A DNA stretch of 64,000 bases from positions 117,366,001-117,430,000 of the forward strand of contig OX597823.1 of NCBI GenBank assembly GCA_951406725.2, in the 5' to 3' direction. Positions 1 through 13,201 of the stretch are shown one piece after another. A program made the translations under genes and the position numbers. The stretch's first letter is position 1. Every line of letters begins with the position of its first letter. Below the pieces are notes generated by a model that was given only the letters and a program-made list of their open reading frames with translations, did no database searches and was not told the DNA's origin. Source of the stretch: Octopus vulgaris. Lineage: Eukaryota.

Positions 1-1310
1 TCTGTAGCAGAACTGGAAAAGAAATTCCAGGTGTGAAAGCAAAACCTGGAATCATGGGCCTGAAAGTTAAGCTAGCAAAGACCAAAGTTGTAGCTAGCAT
101 GAAAGCAGACACAACTCTTTCTGCCAGGTAAATGGTCCTGCTCAATATATAGAAAAGGTGTTGGAAGGAATTCCATTTGATGCTTCAGAGCAAACTATGG
201 ACACATGACAGGTGAGGTGGAATCACAGGTTGGTTAATAGAGAGGCATAGGAGCAGTAAACACTAAAAACACATGGTAAACAAATAGCTTGTTAGAGCCA
301 TACAAGCAATGTATAGGGGCTCGGTGGGATGAGAGTCAGCCATGAGTACAGTGATGAATTTTAGTGTACAAGTAGGAGTTTACCAGTCCTCAGTTCCCAG
401 TCCCTTGTTGTTCATCATAAGTCCTCCAGGACACAACAGATAAATTTAAGACTGACTGTCCACGTGAAGTACTATGTGCTGAGGATATCACTTTTATAGC
501 AGAATCTGTAGCAGAACTGGAAAAGAAATTCTAGGTGTGAAAGCAAAACCTGGAATCATGGGCCTGAAAGTTAAGCTAGCAAAGACCAAAGTTGTAGCTA
601 GCATGAAAGCAGACACAACTCTTTCTGCCAGGTAAATGGTCCTGCTCAATATATAGAAAAGGTGTTGGAAGGAATTCCATTTGATGCATTCAGAGCAAAC
701 TATGGACACATGACAGGTGAGGTGGAATCACAGGTTGGTTAATAGAGAGGCATAGGAGCAGTAAACACTAAAAACACATGGAAATTATATATTCTCAAAT
801 ATCCAGGAGGCTTCCTAGAAGTTGTAGATTGATTTTTTACCTTGGTGACCAAATTAACAGTGGAGGGGGATGTTCTGAAAGTATAGTTGCTAGAATAAGA
901 ATACCTCAGAATAAAAAGGTAGACTGTTTGATAATGATGTACTAACAGCTATGCTCTATGGTTGTTAGATCTGAATCCAGCAGGCGTGTGAAGACTGGGG
1001 AGGAATGAAGCTAGTATACTCTGATGGACATGCAACATATCTTCAAAAGAATCAGATGCAGCATGCGAGAGAAGACTGCAATGGTTTGATCATGTGATGT
1101 GTATGAATGAGAACAGCTGTATAAAGAAGTGCTGACTGCTTAAAGTGGATGGAACCTGCAGAAGTAAGAGACCCAGGAAGACATGTGATGAAGTAGCGAG
1201 AGCCAACCTCAAGTTGTTGAGTCTCACAGAAGAGATGAAAATAGACTGAGATGTCTGGGGGTAGGAGGTTTTTGAGAAAACCCACCCACCTCAGCAAAAC
1301 TGAGTCCTGG
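1..1310 (+). mobile_element. Old, degenerate RTE-clade LINE fragment (RT C-terminal half to end of ORF) with internal tandem duplication
   Basis: Decayed motifs collinear with the RTE copy at 36460-38890 (GLKVKLAKTKV, W.CSI.RKGVGRNSI, YLGDQI, RPRKT.DEV). Bases 1-277 are repeated at 505-781. Confidence 0.75.
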
Positions 1311-1512
1311 AAGCAATGTGTTTTACGTGTGCTCCACCGACATATTGCACTAATTCACACGCCAACACTACCACCTAATGAACCAAACAAACCTTCTCAT
1401 CATGTACTACGTTTGTCTCCCCCACCACTGCTCCTGCAAGCCAACACCACTTTGTCATCTCTCTCTTCTGTCCTCTCCCTGCCAACTGTATCATTGTTAT
1501 CCTGCTACACCT

Positions 1513-1927
1513 CTCTTTTACTCTTTTACTCTTTTACTTGTTTCAGTCATTTGACTGCGGCCATGCTGGAGCCTTTAGTTGAGCAAATTGACCCCGGGAC
1601 ATATTTTTTGTAAGCCCAGTACTTATACTATCGGTCTCTTTTGCTGAACCACTAAGTGACAGGGACATAAACACACCAGCATCGGTTGTCAAGCAATGCT
1701 AGGGGGACAAACACAGACACACAAACACACACACGCATATATATATATAAATATACATATATAAAACGGGATTCTTTGAGTTTCCGTCTACCAAATCCAC
1801 TCACAAGGCTTTGGTCAGCCCGAGGCTATAGTGGAAGACACTTGCTCAAGATGCCACGCAGTGGAACTGAACCCGGAACCATGTGGTTGGTAAGCAAGCT
1901 ACTTATCACACAGCCACTCCTACGCGT
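1513..1927 (-). mobile_element. tRNA-derived SINE, family A (dominant octopus-type SINE with internal microsatellite)
   Basis: Head GCGTAGGAGTGGCTGTGTG(G)TAAG...GGTTCAGTCCC (A/B box-like), internal (TA/CA)n, tail GACTGAAACAAGTAAAAGAG. About 16 copies in the window. Confidence 0.9.
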
Positions 1928-2105
1928 ATATATTTTGTGCACCACTTATTGCATTTCCCTTCTCCTCTCCTCTATCCCACTCTTCTTTTGCACTCTCGGG
2001 AACTCCCTGCTTACTCTCCCTGTCCAGTGTTCTGTACCACTCCACTTGCATTCACCTCCCTCCTATACCTTGAGAGTATTCTCTGGCACATCTTCTCCAA
2101 CATCA

Positions 2106-2164
<59 letters not shown>

Positions 2165-2254
2165 GCCTTTGATATGCGTCTTCTACAGCAAGATCCATGT
2201 GTCTGCCCCTCTATCATAGATTAAACTCTCATCACTTGACACAAAGCCACCACC

Positions 2255-2478
2255 CATTAGTTGAGGGGGTCCTTGTCTTGCAAGTTACTTGGTGACCTCA
2301 CTGGTGCTGGTGCCATGTAAAAAGCACCCAGCACACTTTGGAAAGTGGTTAGCATAAAGCAGGGCATCCAGCCATAGAAACCATGCCAAAGCTGATGAAG
2401 CTTAGTACAGTTCTCTAGCTTACCAGTTCCTGTAAAACCATCCAACCCATACCAGCATGGAAAACAGACATTAAATGA
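2255..2478 (+). mobile_element. RTE LINE 3' UTR fragment
   Basis: AAAAGCACCC...GGGCATCCAGCC.TAGAAACC...CCAACCCAT.CCAGCATGGAAAACAGACATTAAATGA, same as the RTE 3' end at 36460-36790. Confidence 0.7.
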
Positions 2479-2619
2479 GGTTGACAATTAGCTTACTGTG
2501 TCTCCTCTCTGTCCATTCTTCTGCTTCTACAACAGCCCCTACTCTAAAATTGCAATTTGTGATCTGCACCCACCTCATCCTACCCATTACACTTGAAACT
2601 CCTCTTATCTTTTCTTTTA

Positions 2620-3381
2620 CTGGGTTAACCAGAAGTCACCTGACAGTATATCATAACCATTTAATTCCAAGATTTAAACAAAAATTTACTTTATATGAGA
2701 TTTCACTAATAAATAGACAAATGTTGAAGAAAAAGGGTGATTTTAATTCGCAGCATTTAAGTATTAAGCATTCGTGATTGGAATGAATAAACAAAATTGA
2801 ATATTAATTGAATGTTACGGTATCTGAGGTTATAAGAGATAATGGTGTCATTGAGACCCAAAGGTGTCAGGTAATGCTGAATAAGTGCTATAGACAGACC
2901 ATAGTTAAGTTCCAGATTCGGTAATATTGTGAATAAAAGGTTCAACGTTGGTTCTATGTCAGCGTATGTATATAAGAATTTTTTGTGTAATAAGATAAAA
3001 AACCAAGGCTGTATAGATATTAGAACATTTATAGATAGAAGGTCTTACAGCTGTTTCTAGGATATTAATTAATTACATCCCGTCATCGGAGACGGTGTGA
3101 GAGGAAAAATTAAGTCATAGTTAGTTTAGATGTGATACAAAATAGAGATTGAGATGGAGGAAAGAAAATAGATGTAAGATATGTGTGAATATTGAAGTTG
3201 CAAATCCGTTTTATAGGCATAATGGTATATATGCAATATTCCAATACCCTTTGAGTAAAATCTGAAAGTCCAACAGAGTTTAATATGAGTCCTTCCAAAT
3301 ATAGAGTTTATAAGCAATGCAAGATTCCCTTAGGAGTGAGATCATCTTGATTTACTGTCAGGTGACTTTTGGCCACCCCTG
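2620..3381. mobile_element. Tc1/mariner-type MITE ends enclosing a ~630-bp HHR-bearing insert
   Basis: Decayed TIRs (c.gggtt..cc a.aagtcacctgacagta / tactgtcaggtgacttttggccacccctg) flanked by TA, same family as 6335-6558. Confidence 0.7.
3041..3093 (-). ncRNA. Minimal type I hammerhead ribozyme-like motif (variant core)
   Basis: Minus strand GTCT-CCGATGA-CGGGATGT..ATATCCTA-GAAA-CAGCTG-TA-AGAC. Stem I GTCT/AGAC, 7-bp stem II, palindromic ACAGCTGT stem III. Carries a U4C change and a C.A mismatch at the base of stem II. Confidence 0.65.
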
Positions 3382-3486
3382 TATATCACACTTCCTTTTT
3401 CACCAAATACCCTTTACCTATAATCACATCTCTATAAAACATCCTCTCATCGTCTTAATGCAATCTACAAAAGCTCTATCCTAATA

Positions 3487-3703
3487 TTGATTTCAAATTT
3501 TGGCACAAAGCCAGTAATTCCGGCTGAATGAGTTAAGTTGATCACATCATCTCCAGTGTTCAGCTGGTAGCTATTCTATCGACTCCCAAAAGGATGAAAG
3601 AAAAAGTCAACCTTGGCAGAATTCGAACCCAGAATGTAAAGACAGATGAAGTGCAGCCAAACATTTTACCTGGCATGCTAATGATTCTGCCAGCTTGCCA
3701 CCA
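3487..3703 (-). mobile_element. tRNA-derived SINE, family B (degenerate)
   Basis: Head GGTGGCAAGCTGGCAGAAT, B box GGTTCGAATTC, core CTTTCATCCTTT.GGG.GTCGATA, flanked by atcctaatat repeats. Confidence 0.75.
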
Positions 3704-3933
3704 AGCTTAATCCTAATATCAACACCATTAATCTCACCAGTGTGTGTGGGACGTAGTTATAGTTATCATGCTATATAAGGAAGTATTACCATGACAACAG
3801 GCTATTTATGTGAGTGTTACATTTGATTTAATTAACACCAAATTACAGCAAACATTGAAAAATGAATTTGGAAGAAAAATATTAAAAGCACATGCGGAAA
3901 GATTTCATACAAATTCAGTAAATCTTATGTCAA

Positions 3934-3983
<50 letters not shown>

Positions 3984-4136
3984 TGGATGGTTGTTAAGTT
4001 TGATTGCCAACCACATGGTTTCAGGTTCAGTTCCACTGTACTACACCTTAGACAAGTGTCTTCTTCTATAGTTCCAGGCTGACCAAGAGGACTTGGTAGA
4101 TAGAAACTTTAAAAATCTCATCATCAACATATACAC

Positions 4137-4182
<46 letters not shown>

Positions 4183-4184
<2 letters not shown>

Positions 4185-4583
4185 GCGTAGGAGTGGCTGT
4201 GTGGTAAGTAGCTTGCTTACCAACCACATGGTTCTGGGTTCAGTCCCACTGCGGGGCACCTTGGGCAAGTGTCTTCTACCATAGCCTCGGGCTGATCAAA
4301 GCCTTGTGAATGGATTTGGTAGATGGAAACTGAAAGAAGCCTGTCATATGTATGTATGTGTGTGTGTTTGTGTGTCTGTGTTTGTCCCTTCCCACCATCG
4401 TTTGACAACCGATATTGGTGTGTTTAAGTCCATGTTACTTAACAGTTCAGCAAAAGATGCTGATTGAATAAGTACTAGGCTTACAAAGAATAAGTCCTGG
4501 GGTCGATTTGCTCGACTAAAGGCGGTGCTTCAGCATGGCCACAGTCAAATGACTGAAACAAGTAAAAGAGAGTAAAGGGAGAG
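4183..4583 (+). mobile_element. SINE family A (preceded by a partial copy at ~3981-4130)
   Basis: Full head-to-tail match to the family A pattern. Confidence 0.9.
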
Positions 4584-5865
4584 TATATATATATATAAAT
4601 CACACATATATGTATGTATGTATGTTGGTATGTGTGTGTGTGCCTGATTGCATTTACATTCACTATTATATAAGTTGTGACTTGTGAGTAGTGCTAATAC
4701 ATATAGCCGAGAGACACACACACACACACACACACACATAGACCTTAACCCTGTATTCTCATACAGAATTAAGGAATTTATAGCTAACTTTTTCTGTTAT
4801 AGATAACTTTCTCTGTTATCAGAAATTAATCTGACATATCCATTTTCCACGAAAGTTCATAAGAGCAAGGGTGTTGCTATAGTTAATGTTAGAAGATGTG
4901 AAATACATCTCCTCCTGGATGAAACACAGTCCCAATTGCCCAAAGATTATCACTCTGCTTACTCCTAATGACAATATGAATTAAAGTGAATGCCTTGTCT
5001 AAAATATATGACAATATTTCCACAATGCCAAGCAAACTATTTGGATGTCGACTATATCAATCTGTTCAACCATATATTGTACGAAGATGAAATATTATAA
5101 TACAGGCAAGGATTAACTCTAAGAAACCATACCATTCTTCCTTTTACACTTCCTTACACAAATTTCTGGGAATCCATTAAAACCGTAAAAAAAAAAAAAA
5201 TGCAAGGAGAAAATAAATGAAATCACTGTAACTATGTAACTAGAAACTTCTACTGACACACAAACACACACGGTTCTACCATCACCACTGCCACCACCAC
5301 CACCACAACTACTCTTAGAGATATGTCAGGTTTTCTTGAACTGAACCAACAATGCAAACTTGTAATAAGTACAGACAGAAGTTTGTTGTAAACATGTCGA
5401 TTCCAAGAACATTTTTCACTGTTCACTGGAAAGGTACGATAATCAAGTTACGTTGGAGGAAGCAAGGATGTGTTTTAATTTGCTTGGAACAAAACTTCTG
5501 CCTAAATATGTCTCTAGATTCATGTCAGAATTATTCCCGACCATGTAACCACATGATACAATTCACTGCACTCATCTGTACTTCTCTCCCGACATATTGT
5601 CTCACATTCATGCACAAGCATGCATCCGCACACATACCTCCCCCACCACACACACACAAACATACACAATCATACATATGAGAACGTAAATTGATAAACA
5701 CAAGCATTCATGTATATATATCCATAGGTACATGTGTGTGTGTGTGTATATATATATAATACATATATACATATATATTATATGCATATACTATATGTAT
5801 ATTTTATACATATATGTATCATATCTATGTTATATATATGTGTATATGTAATATATATTATATAT

Positions 5866-6225
5866 ATATATATAATATACATTTTATATTATATACATAT
5901 TATATATATCTTATATATAATATACATTTTATATTATATACATATTATATATATCTTATATATAATATACATTTTATATTATATACATATTATATATATC
6001 TTATATATAATATACATTTTATATTATATACATATTATATATATCTTATATATAATATACATTTTATATTATATACATATTATATATATCTTATATTTAA
6101 TATACATTTTATATTATATACATATTATGTATATCTTATACATAATATACATTTTATTTTATATACATATTATGTATATCTTATACATAATATACATTTT
6201 ATTTTATATACATATTATATATATA
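5866..6225. repeat. 45-bp AT-rich minisatellite, about 8 copies
   Basis: Unit tataatatacattttatattatatacatattatatatatcttata repeated in tandem. Confidence 0.9.
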
Positions 6226-6334
6226 TAATTTGGTGAAGGAGGAAGTGTGACAGATAAGATAAGAAGAGGAGTTTCAGGTGTAATTAGTTGGAGGAAGTGG
6301 GTACAGGTCACAATATATTATATATATTTATATA

Positions 6335-6558
6335 CAGGGTTGGCCAAAAGTTACCTGACAGTAAATCAAAATTCCATAAATGCTAATCTGTAATTCTGTA
6401 TTGACTCTAATGGAAAAATATATTGTTCAAGAAGGACTTCAGTTTGAACAATTTTCATATTTAGTTGCTTTTATTAAATTCATTCAGTTGTTAAACATAA
6501 ATAAATCTTGGAATTAAATGGTTTTGATTTACTGTCAGATGACTTTTGGCCAACCCTG
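6335..6558. mobile_element. Tc1/mariner-type MITE
   Basis: ~36-bp TIR cagggttggccaaaagttacctgacagtaaatcaaaa with TA on both sides. Confidence 0.85.
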
Positions 6559-6630
6559 TATGTATATGTATATATATGTTTGTGTGTGTGTGTGTATATA
6601 TATATGTGTATACATATGTATTGCACATAT

Positions 6631-6826
6631 GCGTAGGAGTGGCTGTGTGGTAAGTAGCTCGCTTACCAACCACATGGTTCCGGGTTCAGTCCCACTGCAT
6701 GGCACCTTTGGCAAGGGTCTTCTACTATAGCCTCGGGCCGACCAAAGCCTTGTGACTGGATTTTGTAGACTGAAACTGAAAGAACCCCTATATATATATA
6801 TATATATATATATACATACATACATA

Positions 6827-6861
<35 letters not shown>

Positions 6862-7082
6862 CTGTGTGCATATGTTTGTGTTTCTGTGTTTGTCCCCCCA
6901 ACATTGCTTGACAACCGATGCTGGTGTATTTACGTCCCCGTAACTTAGCGGTTCAGCAAAAGTGACCGATAGAATAAGTACTAGGCTTTAAAAGAATAAG
7001 TCCTGGGGTCGATTTGCTCGACTAAAGGCAATGCTCCAGCATAGCCACAGTCAAATGACTGAAACAAGTAAAAGAGTAAAAG
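6631..7082 (+). mobile_element. SINE family A
   Basis: Full-length pattern match. Confidence 0.9.
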
Positions 7083-7549
7083 ATTATATATATATATATA
7101 TATTATATATTATATATTTTATATTTAACTTTCATATTTGCACACAACGTACTTACATATTTAATCATTCATTTAATGTGTTGGGGTTTTTCCCCCATGT
7201 TTACATAGATTTCATGAAAATGTTATTGAGATATTGTTTTAAAGCCAGATGCCCTTCCTGGTGTCAACTCATACACGTTTTTCAAGTAAAGGATCTCTTA
7301 CTTCACATGGCTTCAAAGGCATGTAATGACAATTTTCAGATTGCTCATATAAACAGACAGATACACATGTATGTATGTATGTGTGTGTGTGTGTGTGTAT
7401 GTGTGTGTGTGTGTGTGTGTGTGTATGTATGCATGTATGTATGTATGTAAGTATGTATGTGTGTATGTATGTTTGTTTATATGTGTGTATTTATGTATGT
7501 ATGTATGTATGTATGTATGTGTGTATTACGTATGTATGTCATAGTTGGT

Positions 7550-7757
7550 GGTCAGCGCTAGTGATAAATAAAAGTCGCTCGTGCCATTGACACATAAAAT
7601 GCACCCGTGCCAGGGACATTTAAAAAGTATTTGGCATCTGTGTTGGTGACATGTAAGTGGCACCTGTGCCAGTGACCCATAAAAGACACCTATGCTGGTG
7701 ACATGAAAAAGGCACCCATTACTCTGTGGGTTGGTTGGTATATGGAAGGGCATCCAA
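7550..7757 (+). mobile_element. RTE 3' UTR fragment (degenerate)
   Basis: Repeated GTGCC..TGACAC.TAAAA.GCACC motifs ending GGAAGGGCATCCA. Confidence 0.6.
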
Positions 7758-7776
7758 AATGCTTAACATGAATTTT

Positions 7777-8171
7777 ATCGTGAAGTATATTTGTCACTTG
7801 AATGTGGCTAACCCTTAAGGGTGGATGCTACTGTAGCTTGTAACCTCAGGAGGACACCTCCTCCAGCTGGCTATTGACACACTTTCTGTGCCCTATCAGT
7901 ATTTGCAAAGGGAAGCCATCCTTCCCATCTTCAGCCTGACATGATACATACGGACTCGAATTTCTGATGACTGGTCAATACCCAGAACCTCGAGTCTGTG
8001 TGTATCATACAGGTTGAAGATGAGAAGGATGGCTTCCCTTTGCAAATACTGATAGGACACAGAAAGTGTGTCTATAGCCAACTGGAGGAGGTGTCCTCCT
8101 GGGGCTACAAGCTACAGTAGTATCCACTCTAAAGGGTTAGCCACATTTAAGTGGCAAATACACTTCACGAT
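7777..8171. repeat. Long foldback (inverted repeat), ~182-bp arms, 30-nt spacer
   Basis: 7777-7959 is the reverse complement of 7990-8171 at roughly 90% identity (by eye). Confidence 0.92.
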
Positions 8172-8534
8172 GTCAAACAGCTACTGTTTATAATTTGCTC
8201 TGGGATTTATTATTGCTTATAAATTTTAATTATTTTAAAATCTGGCCATCATTTAGATGTATAGCCTTTAGAATTTACTCCTTATTTAATCAGTTATTGC
8301 CTCACAAAAAGAAAATTATGACTATGAAGAATACAAACTATTTGTGATATAAAACTAATTAATTAGTAATTTGATACAATAGAATGTTTTCAAATAAACA
8401 ATTATGTTGTATTTACAAATGACTATGTGGTATCTAAAAATTTGATATAAAGTAAAAGTCAAACCAGACTGGAGCCTGGTACAGTGCTCTGGTTTGTCAG
8501 ATCTAGTCAAATTGTCTAATCCAGTGCTACTCAT

Positions 8535-8590
<56 letters not shown>

Positions 8591-8604
8591 GTGTGTGTGT
8601 GTGT

Positions 8605-8805
8605 GTGTATTAAGGCTACCATTGGGTTCATATTTGGAAAAATATCTTAATATCTTAATTTTTCAAGCCAATTACACGGAGGAATGGTGTTCATCTCCAT
8701 TTTCTTAAAATGATGATGAACACCACGCCTACATGTGATCAGCTTGAAAAATTACGATATCAATATCTTTTTCTTAACATGAAACAAAAGGTAGCCTTAA
8801 TACAC
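8605..8805. mobile_element. Palindromic MITE-like foldback
   Basis: gtgtattaaggctacc...ggtagccttaatacac ends with imperfect complementarity along the whole length (tttttcaagc/gcttgaaaaa, tggtgttcatc/gatgaacacca). TTAA+GG ends could indicate Kolobok. Confidence 0.75.
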
Positions 8806-9385
8806 AAATAAAGAAATTTTATCCCCCAATGCAGTGTTGAGCACTCATTCTTGTTGTTCGACATTTATGTATATACTAGCTTAAAGCTGCACTCCATGGG
8901 GACTTTCAGGCTAATACCTGCAGAGAGCTAATTGGACTTGTGGCCCAAAACTAATGGGAGCTACATTGCACAACTATAATGCATCTCCAATGACTATATG
9001 CCCTGGTGGTGTTTAATCAGAGGTTAAGGATGGATGAGAATTAATTCTGTAATTTAATCATTCTAGTGTTCCAGTCTCAAGTTCAATTGTTGGCCAGTTT
9101 GTCCCAAATTAACGAAGCGAATGTCATTTATCTCCCCCTTGATTTCTGACATCATCTGACAAATACCAACCAGGATGGCATGAATCAACTAAGCTTTGCC
9201 TGCTAGAAATAGCAACCCGAGAGCTTTTAAACCAGATATATCTATGTAGAGAAAATGTAGACTGAGATACAGGGTTTCCAGACAGACAGAATTTATTTAT
9301 ACATATATATACACACATACACACATGCACATAAACACATACATATATATATATATCATATGACAAAATAATCATTTTTACTATA

Positions 9386-9770
9386 GGCGTGTGAGTGGCT
9401 GTGTGGTAAGTAGCTTGCTTACCAGCCACATGGTTCCAGGTTCAGTCCCACTGTGTGGCACCTTGGGCAAGTGTTTTCTACTATAACCTCAGGCCAACCA
9501 AAACCTTGTGAGTGGATTTGGTAGACAGAAACTGAAAGAAGCCCGTCGTATATATGTATATATATATATGTACGTGTGTGTATATGATTGTGTGTCTGTG
9601 TTTGTCCCCCCAACATCGTTTGACAACTGATGCTGGTGTGTTTACATTCCCGTTACTTAGCAGTTTGGCAAAAGAGACCGACAAAATAAGTACTAGGCTT
9701 ACAAAGAATAAGTCAACTAAAGGTGGTGCTCCAGCATGGCCACAGTCAAATGACTGAAACAAGTAAAAGA
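9386..9770 (+). mobile_element. SINE family A, followed by a partial minus-strand family B SINE (~9770-9945)
   Basis: Pattern match. Confidence 0.85.
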
Positions 9771-11185
9771 ATATAGGCACAAGGCCCAAATTTTCGTGGG
9801 TGAAGGGAGTCGATTATATGAACCTGCAGTATTTTAACGGGTACTTATTTTATCAACTTCTGAAAGAATGAAAGTCGACAGCGGCAGAATTTGAACTGAG
9901 AATGTAAAAACTGACTGAATTCCACAAAGCATTTTGTCCAGCTGACCGTCTTAATATATATATGACTATATAATGTTAGTAGAGAAGATTGATCTTTTGA
10001 TGTCCCCCCCCCCCGTAGCCATGCCTCCACACCCAGTCGTTTCAATCAGTTGGCCATGCTGGAACATCTGAATTTCTCTCCTGCACACAAACACATTCAG
10101 CCATGATGATTCACAACAACAACAACAAATAAACATCAGAATTACAACATGAGAAAGGAAGTGAAACTCTGCGAAAGTAAGTCACTCTAAAGTTAGTCTC
10201 AAAGACAATTGCTAAACATCTTATTTCTTTACTTTTCACTGAACTGACATTATTTATCCAACACTTACTTCTGACATCTTGTTTCGGGTTGTTGTTGTTT
10301 TGGTTTCTTTCTTTCTTAATCCGATTCCGCATTTCATGTTTATTTATGTCTGTTTAATTCCTGCTCTTTTCTGATCTCTTGCGTAAGTCCAACTTGTTTC
10401 ATACACCCCCCCCCTCTCCCCCTTAGAATTCTCACTTTATTTTCAATTTGCTTTTTAATTTTAAAGTTGTTGGCTTTTTTTTTCCTTTTACCTCATCTAA
10501 ATTCTAATTCTGCCAGTTTATATTTCCAAGTTTCTTTCATCATAATAACTACTACTATTATTACTACTACCACCACCACTACCACTACTATTTTTATTAA
10601 TATCATCATCATCATCATTATATCTTTACCATCATCGTCATCATTATCATCGTCATCATTTTTATTATTATTATTATTGTATTGAATGATAAAAGTGGTT
10701 TAGACATTAAAGAAATCGACTAAAAATCTTTATCGTATTTAAATTTTTATCTTATTTGGGTTGTTTTGAGTTCAAATCTTACTGAGGTTATCTTTGTTTT
10801 TGCTTTTTTTTTTATCCATCTAGAAATTCCAAAAAGAAATACCCATAATTAATGACCTAAATCCAGACGTAACTATTACACCAACAGCTACAACAATAAC
10901 AACAACTACTACTCTACTACTATTTTTATCATTATCACCTTCATCAGTAGCAGCATCATAATCCTCATCATTGTTATTAAGCATTTAGTTTTGTTGCTTT
11001 GTTTTATACAAGTTGTTCCAAGTTTTGAGAGACCTCAAGAAACAACAGGTTGGGACAATTTACTGTTGGAGTTATTTGTGGGTAGCTATGAAATATTTCA
11101 TGGAAAATAAACCAAAAACTGAGAATTAAGATTATATTAAAAATTTGTTATGATAATTGTAATTTTGAAAAATTTTTTTTAAATT

Positions 11186-12022
11186 GGCTCAGGCATGGCT
11201 ATGTGGTAAGAAACTTGCTTCCCAACCACATGATGCCAGGTTCAGTTCCACTGTGTGGCACTTTGGGCAAGTGTCTTCTACTATAGCTTTGAGGTCAGCC
11301 AAAGCCTTGTGAGTGGATTTGATTGCTAGAAACTCAAAGAAGTCCGTCATATATATATCATCATCATCATCATTTAACGTTCATCTTCCATGTTGGCATG
11401 TGTTGGATGGTTTCACAGGAGCTGGCCATGTAGGAGCTTGCACCAGACTTCTGTGTCTGTTTTAACAGGGTTTTTACGGCTGGATGCCCTTCCTAACACC
11501 AACCACCCAGCAGAGTAGACTGAGTGCTTTTTACATGGCACAAGCAAATATTATGTAAATTTTCACATGGAACACTTGCACAAACTGGTAGAGAAACAAC
11601 AGCAACTGGTCACCAAAGACTCAATAAACACTTTCTTTGTCTTCATATTTGGATTATATTTTACTTTTCACTTGACCCATACTTTGGTTTTACTGCTGTG
11701 ACACCTGGATTTTCTACACCTGAAGAAATTCAATCTTAAGATTTTAATCCAAGAGTGTAGACAACCTAAAGCTTGGGTTGAGTGCTGCATTAGAAATACT
11801 CCATCTTTCTGCCCCCCACCCAAGGCCAATGTGTGTCTGTGTTTGTCTCCCCCTCCCTGCTTGACAACAGGTGTTGATGTGTTTATGTCCCTACAACTTA
11901 GTAGTTCAGCAAAAGAGACCAATAGAATAAGCACCAGCCTAAAAAAAAATATATATAAGTACTGGGGTTGATTTCTTTGACTAAAATTCTCCAAGGTGGT
12001 GCTTCAGCATGGCCACAGTCAA
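11186..12022 (+). mobile_element. SINE family A split at its internal microsatellite (5' half 11186-11358, 3' half ~11831-12022) by an RTE 3' fragment (11359-11545, minus) and other DNA
   Basis: The two halves are collinear. The RTE tail (CAT)n TTTAACGT lies between them. Confidence 0.7.
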
Positions 12023-12653
12023 TAAAAGACATTGTGGGGTATAGATACAATTGAGTATTATCCATGGATATGTGTGCTAAGGAGATAAAAAGATCGATAA
12101 TGTGGGAAGAACAAAAGCAATAGCATCATCAAGAAAATGTGTGTGCTTTAGGGATTAATAATACATCTGGGAAAAGACACACTTTCTTAAAATATCCATT
12201 GGTTCCATGCAAAGAATTGTTTGCCTGGAAACCATGAAAACCAGTTAAAGATCCAGTGTACGGAATTTCCCAAACAATACATTTATATAGTCGAAAGACG
12301 CCTGTTGTTATGTCCTGTTATTATTATTATTATTGTTTTTTATTGTATTTTGTATTTATATTCGTGTAACATCGTCTGTTTTTCCGTCCTTGTTTCGTAT
12401 ACATTCATTGCTTTTTTTCCAAAGAATCTAATGCTCTTGGCTTAGTTTTTCCTTGGGGCTGGCCAGACTGAAGCAATCGCAAGATTAATCAGCCGAAATT
12501 GCGAGGATGATCCGGTTCTTGACTGAAAATAAAAGGCTTCGAATGACCCATCCATGTTTTTTTGTATCGTCTAACTGGATGTTTTGTTGTCTCTTTTTGT
12601 ATCACCTAGTTGTCCGGATGTTTTGCATTCTTGTCCCCCTTTGTATTTTATTT

Positions 12654-12686
<33 letters not shown>

Positions 12687-12720
12687 CTAGCTTAAGGTGA
12701 CCCGCTCTACGTGTGGGTAA
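12687..12720 (-). mobile_element. Probable Helitron 3' end
   Basis: Minus strand CCCACACGTAGAGCGGG hairpin, 10-nt spacer, then CTAG followed by T. Confidence 0.45.
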
Positions 12721-13201
12721 GAGTGTGATTGTAACTTTCTGTTGCTTCCTTTCAGCACGTAAAAAGCACCATCCGAACGTGGCCGATTGCAGCGCCGTCT
12801 TGACTGGCTTCTGTGCCGGTGGCACGTAAAAAGCACCAACCGATCGTGGCCGCTGCCAGCCCCCCCTTGGTATTTTGAGCTTCAATCGTGTGGCTAGTTT
12901 TCTTCCATCGAGGTCTGAATAATAGTTCAACTGAAGATAGTCAATGTTTACCACTGGACGTTAGCCTGTGATTGGTCGAGAAAGGTCATGCAGTATAGCA
13001 GTTTGATTTTGGTAATTTAGTGATAACAATTACTTGGAAAATATCGCATGGTGAACAGGAAATTGACCATGTGGTGCATGGTCTTAAATTGTAGAGATTG
13101 CTGGGTTACATGGTTGAATCAACTTCACTAAAGTAGCTCCAGAAACAATACAACAAAGCAAAAACAGATGCAGTGTGTGCTGTGCACATAGATGTACATT
13201 A

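Noticed and set aside
5734-6236. Long YI/CV-rich ORFs (also 24153-25799 and 48129-48758)
   Set aside because: Translations of micro- and minisatellites.
11713-11760. CTACAC-CTGAAGA...GTGTAG hammerhead-like motif; also CTGAAGC...CGAAA at 12468-12498
   Set aside because: The GAAA box or stem III is missing, or the first box is defective. Too degenerate to call.
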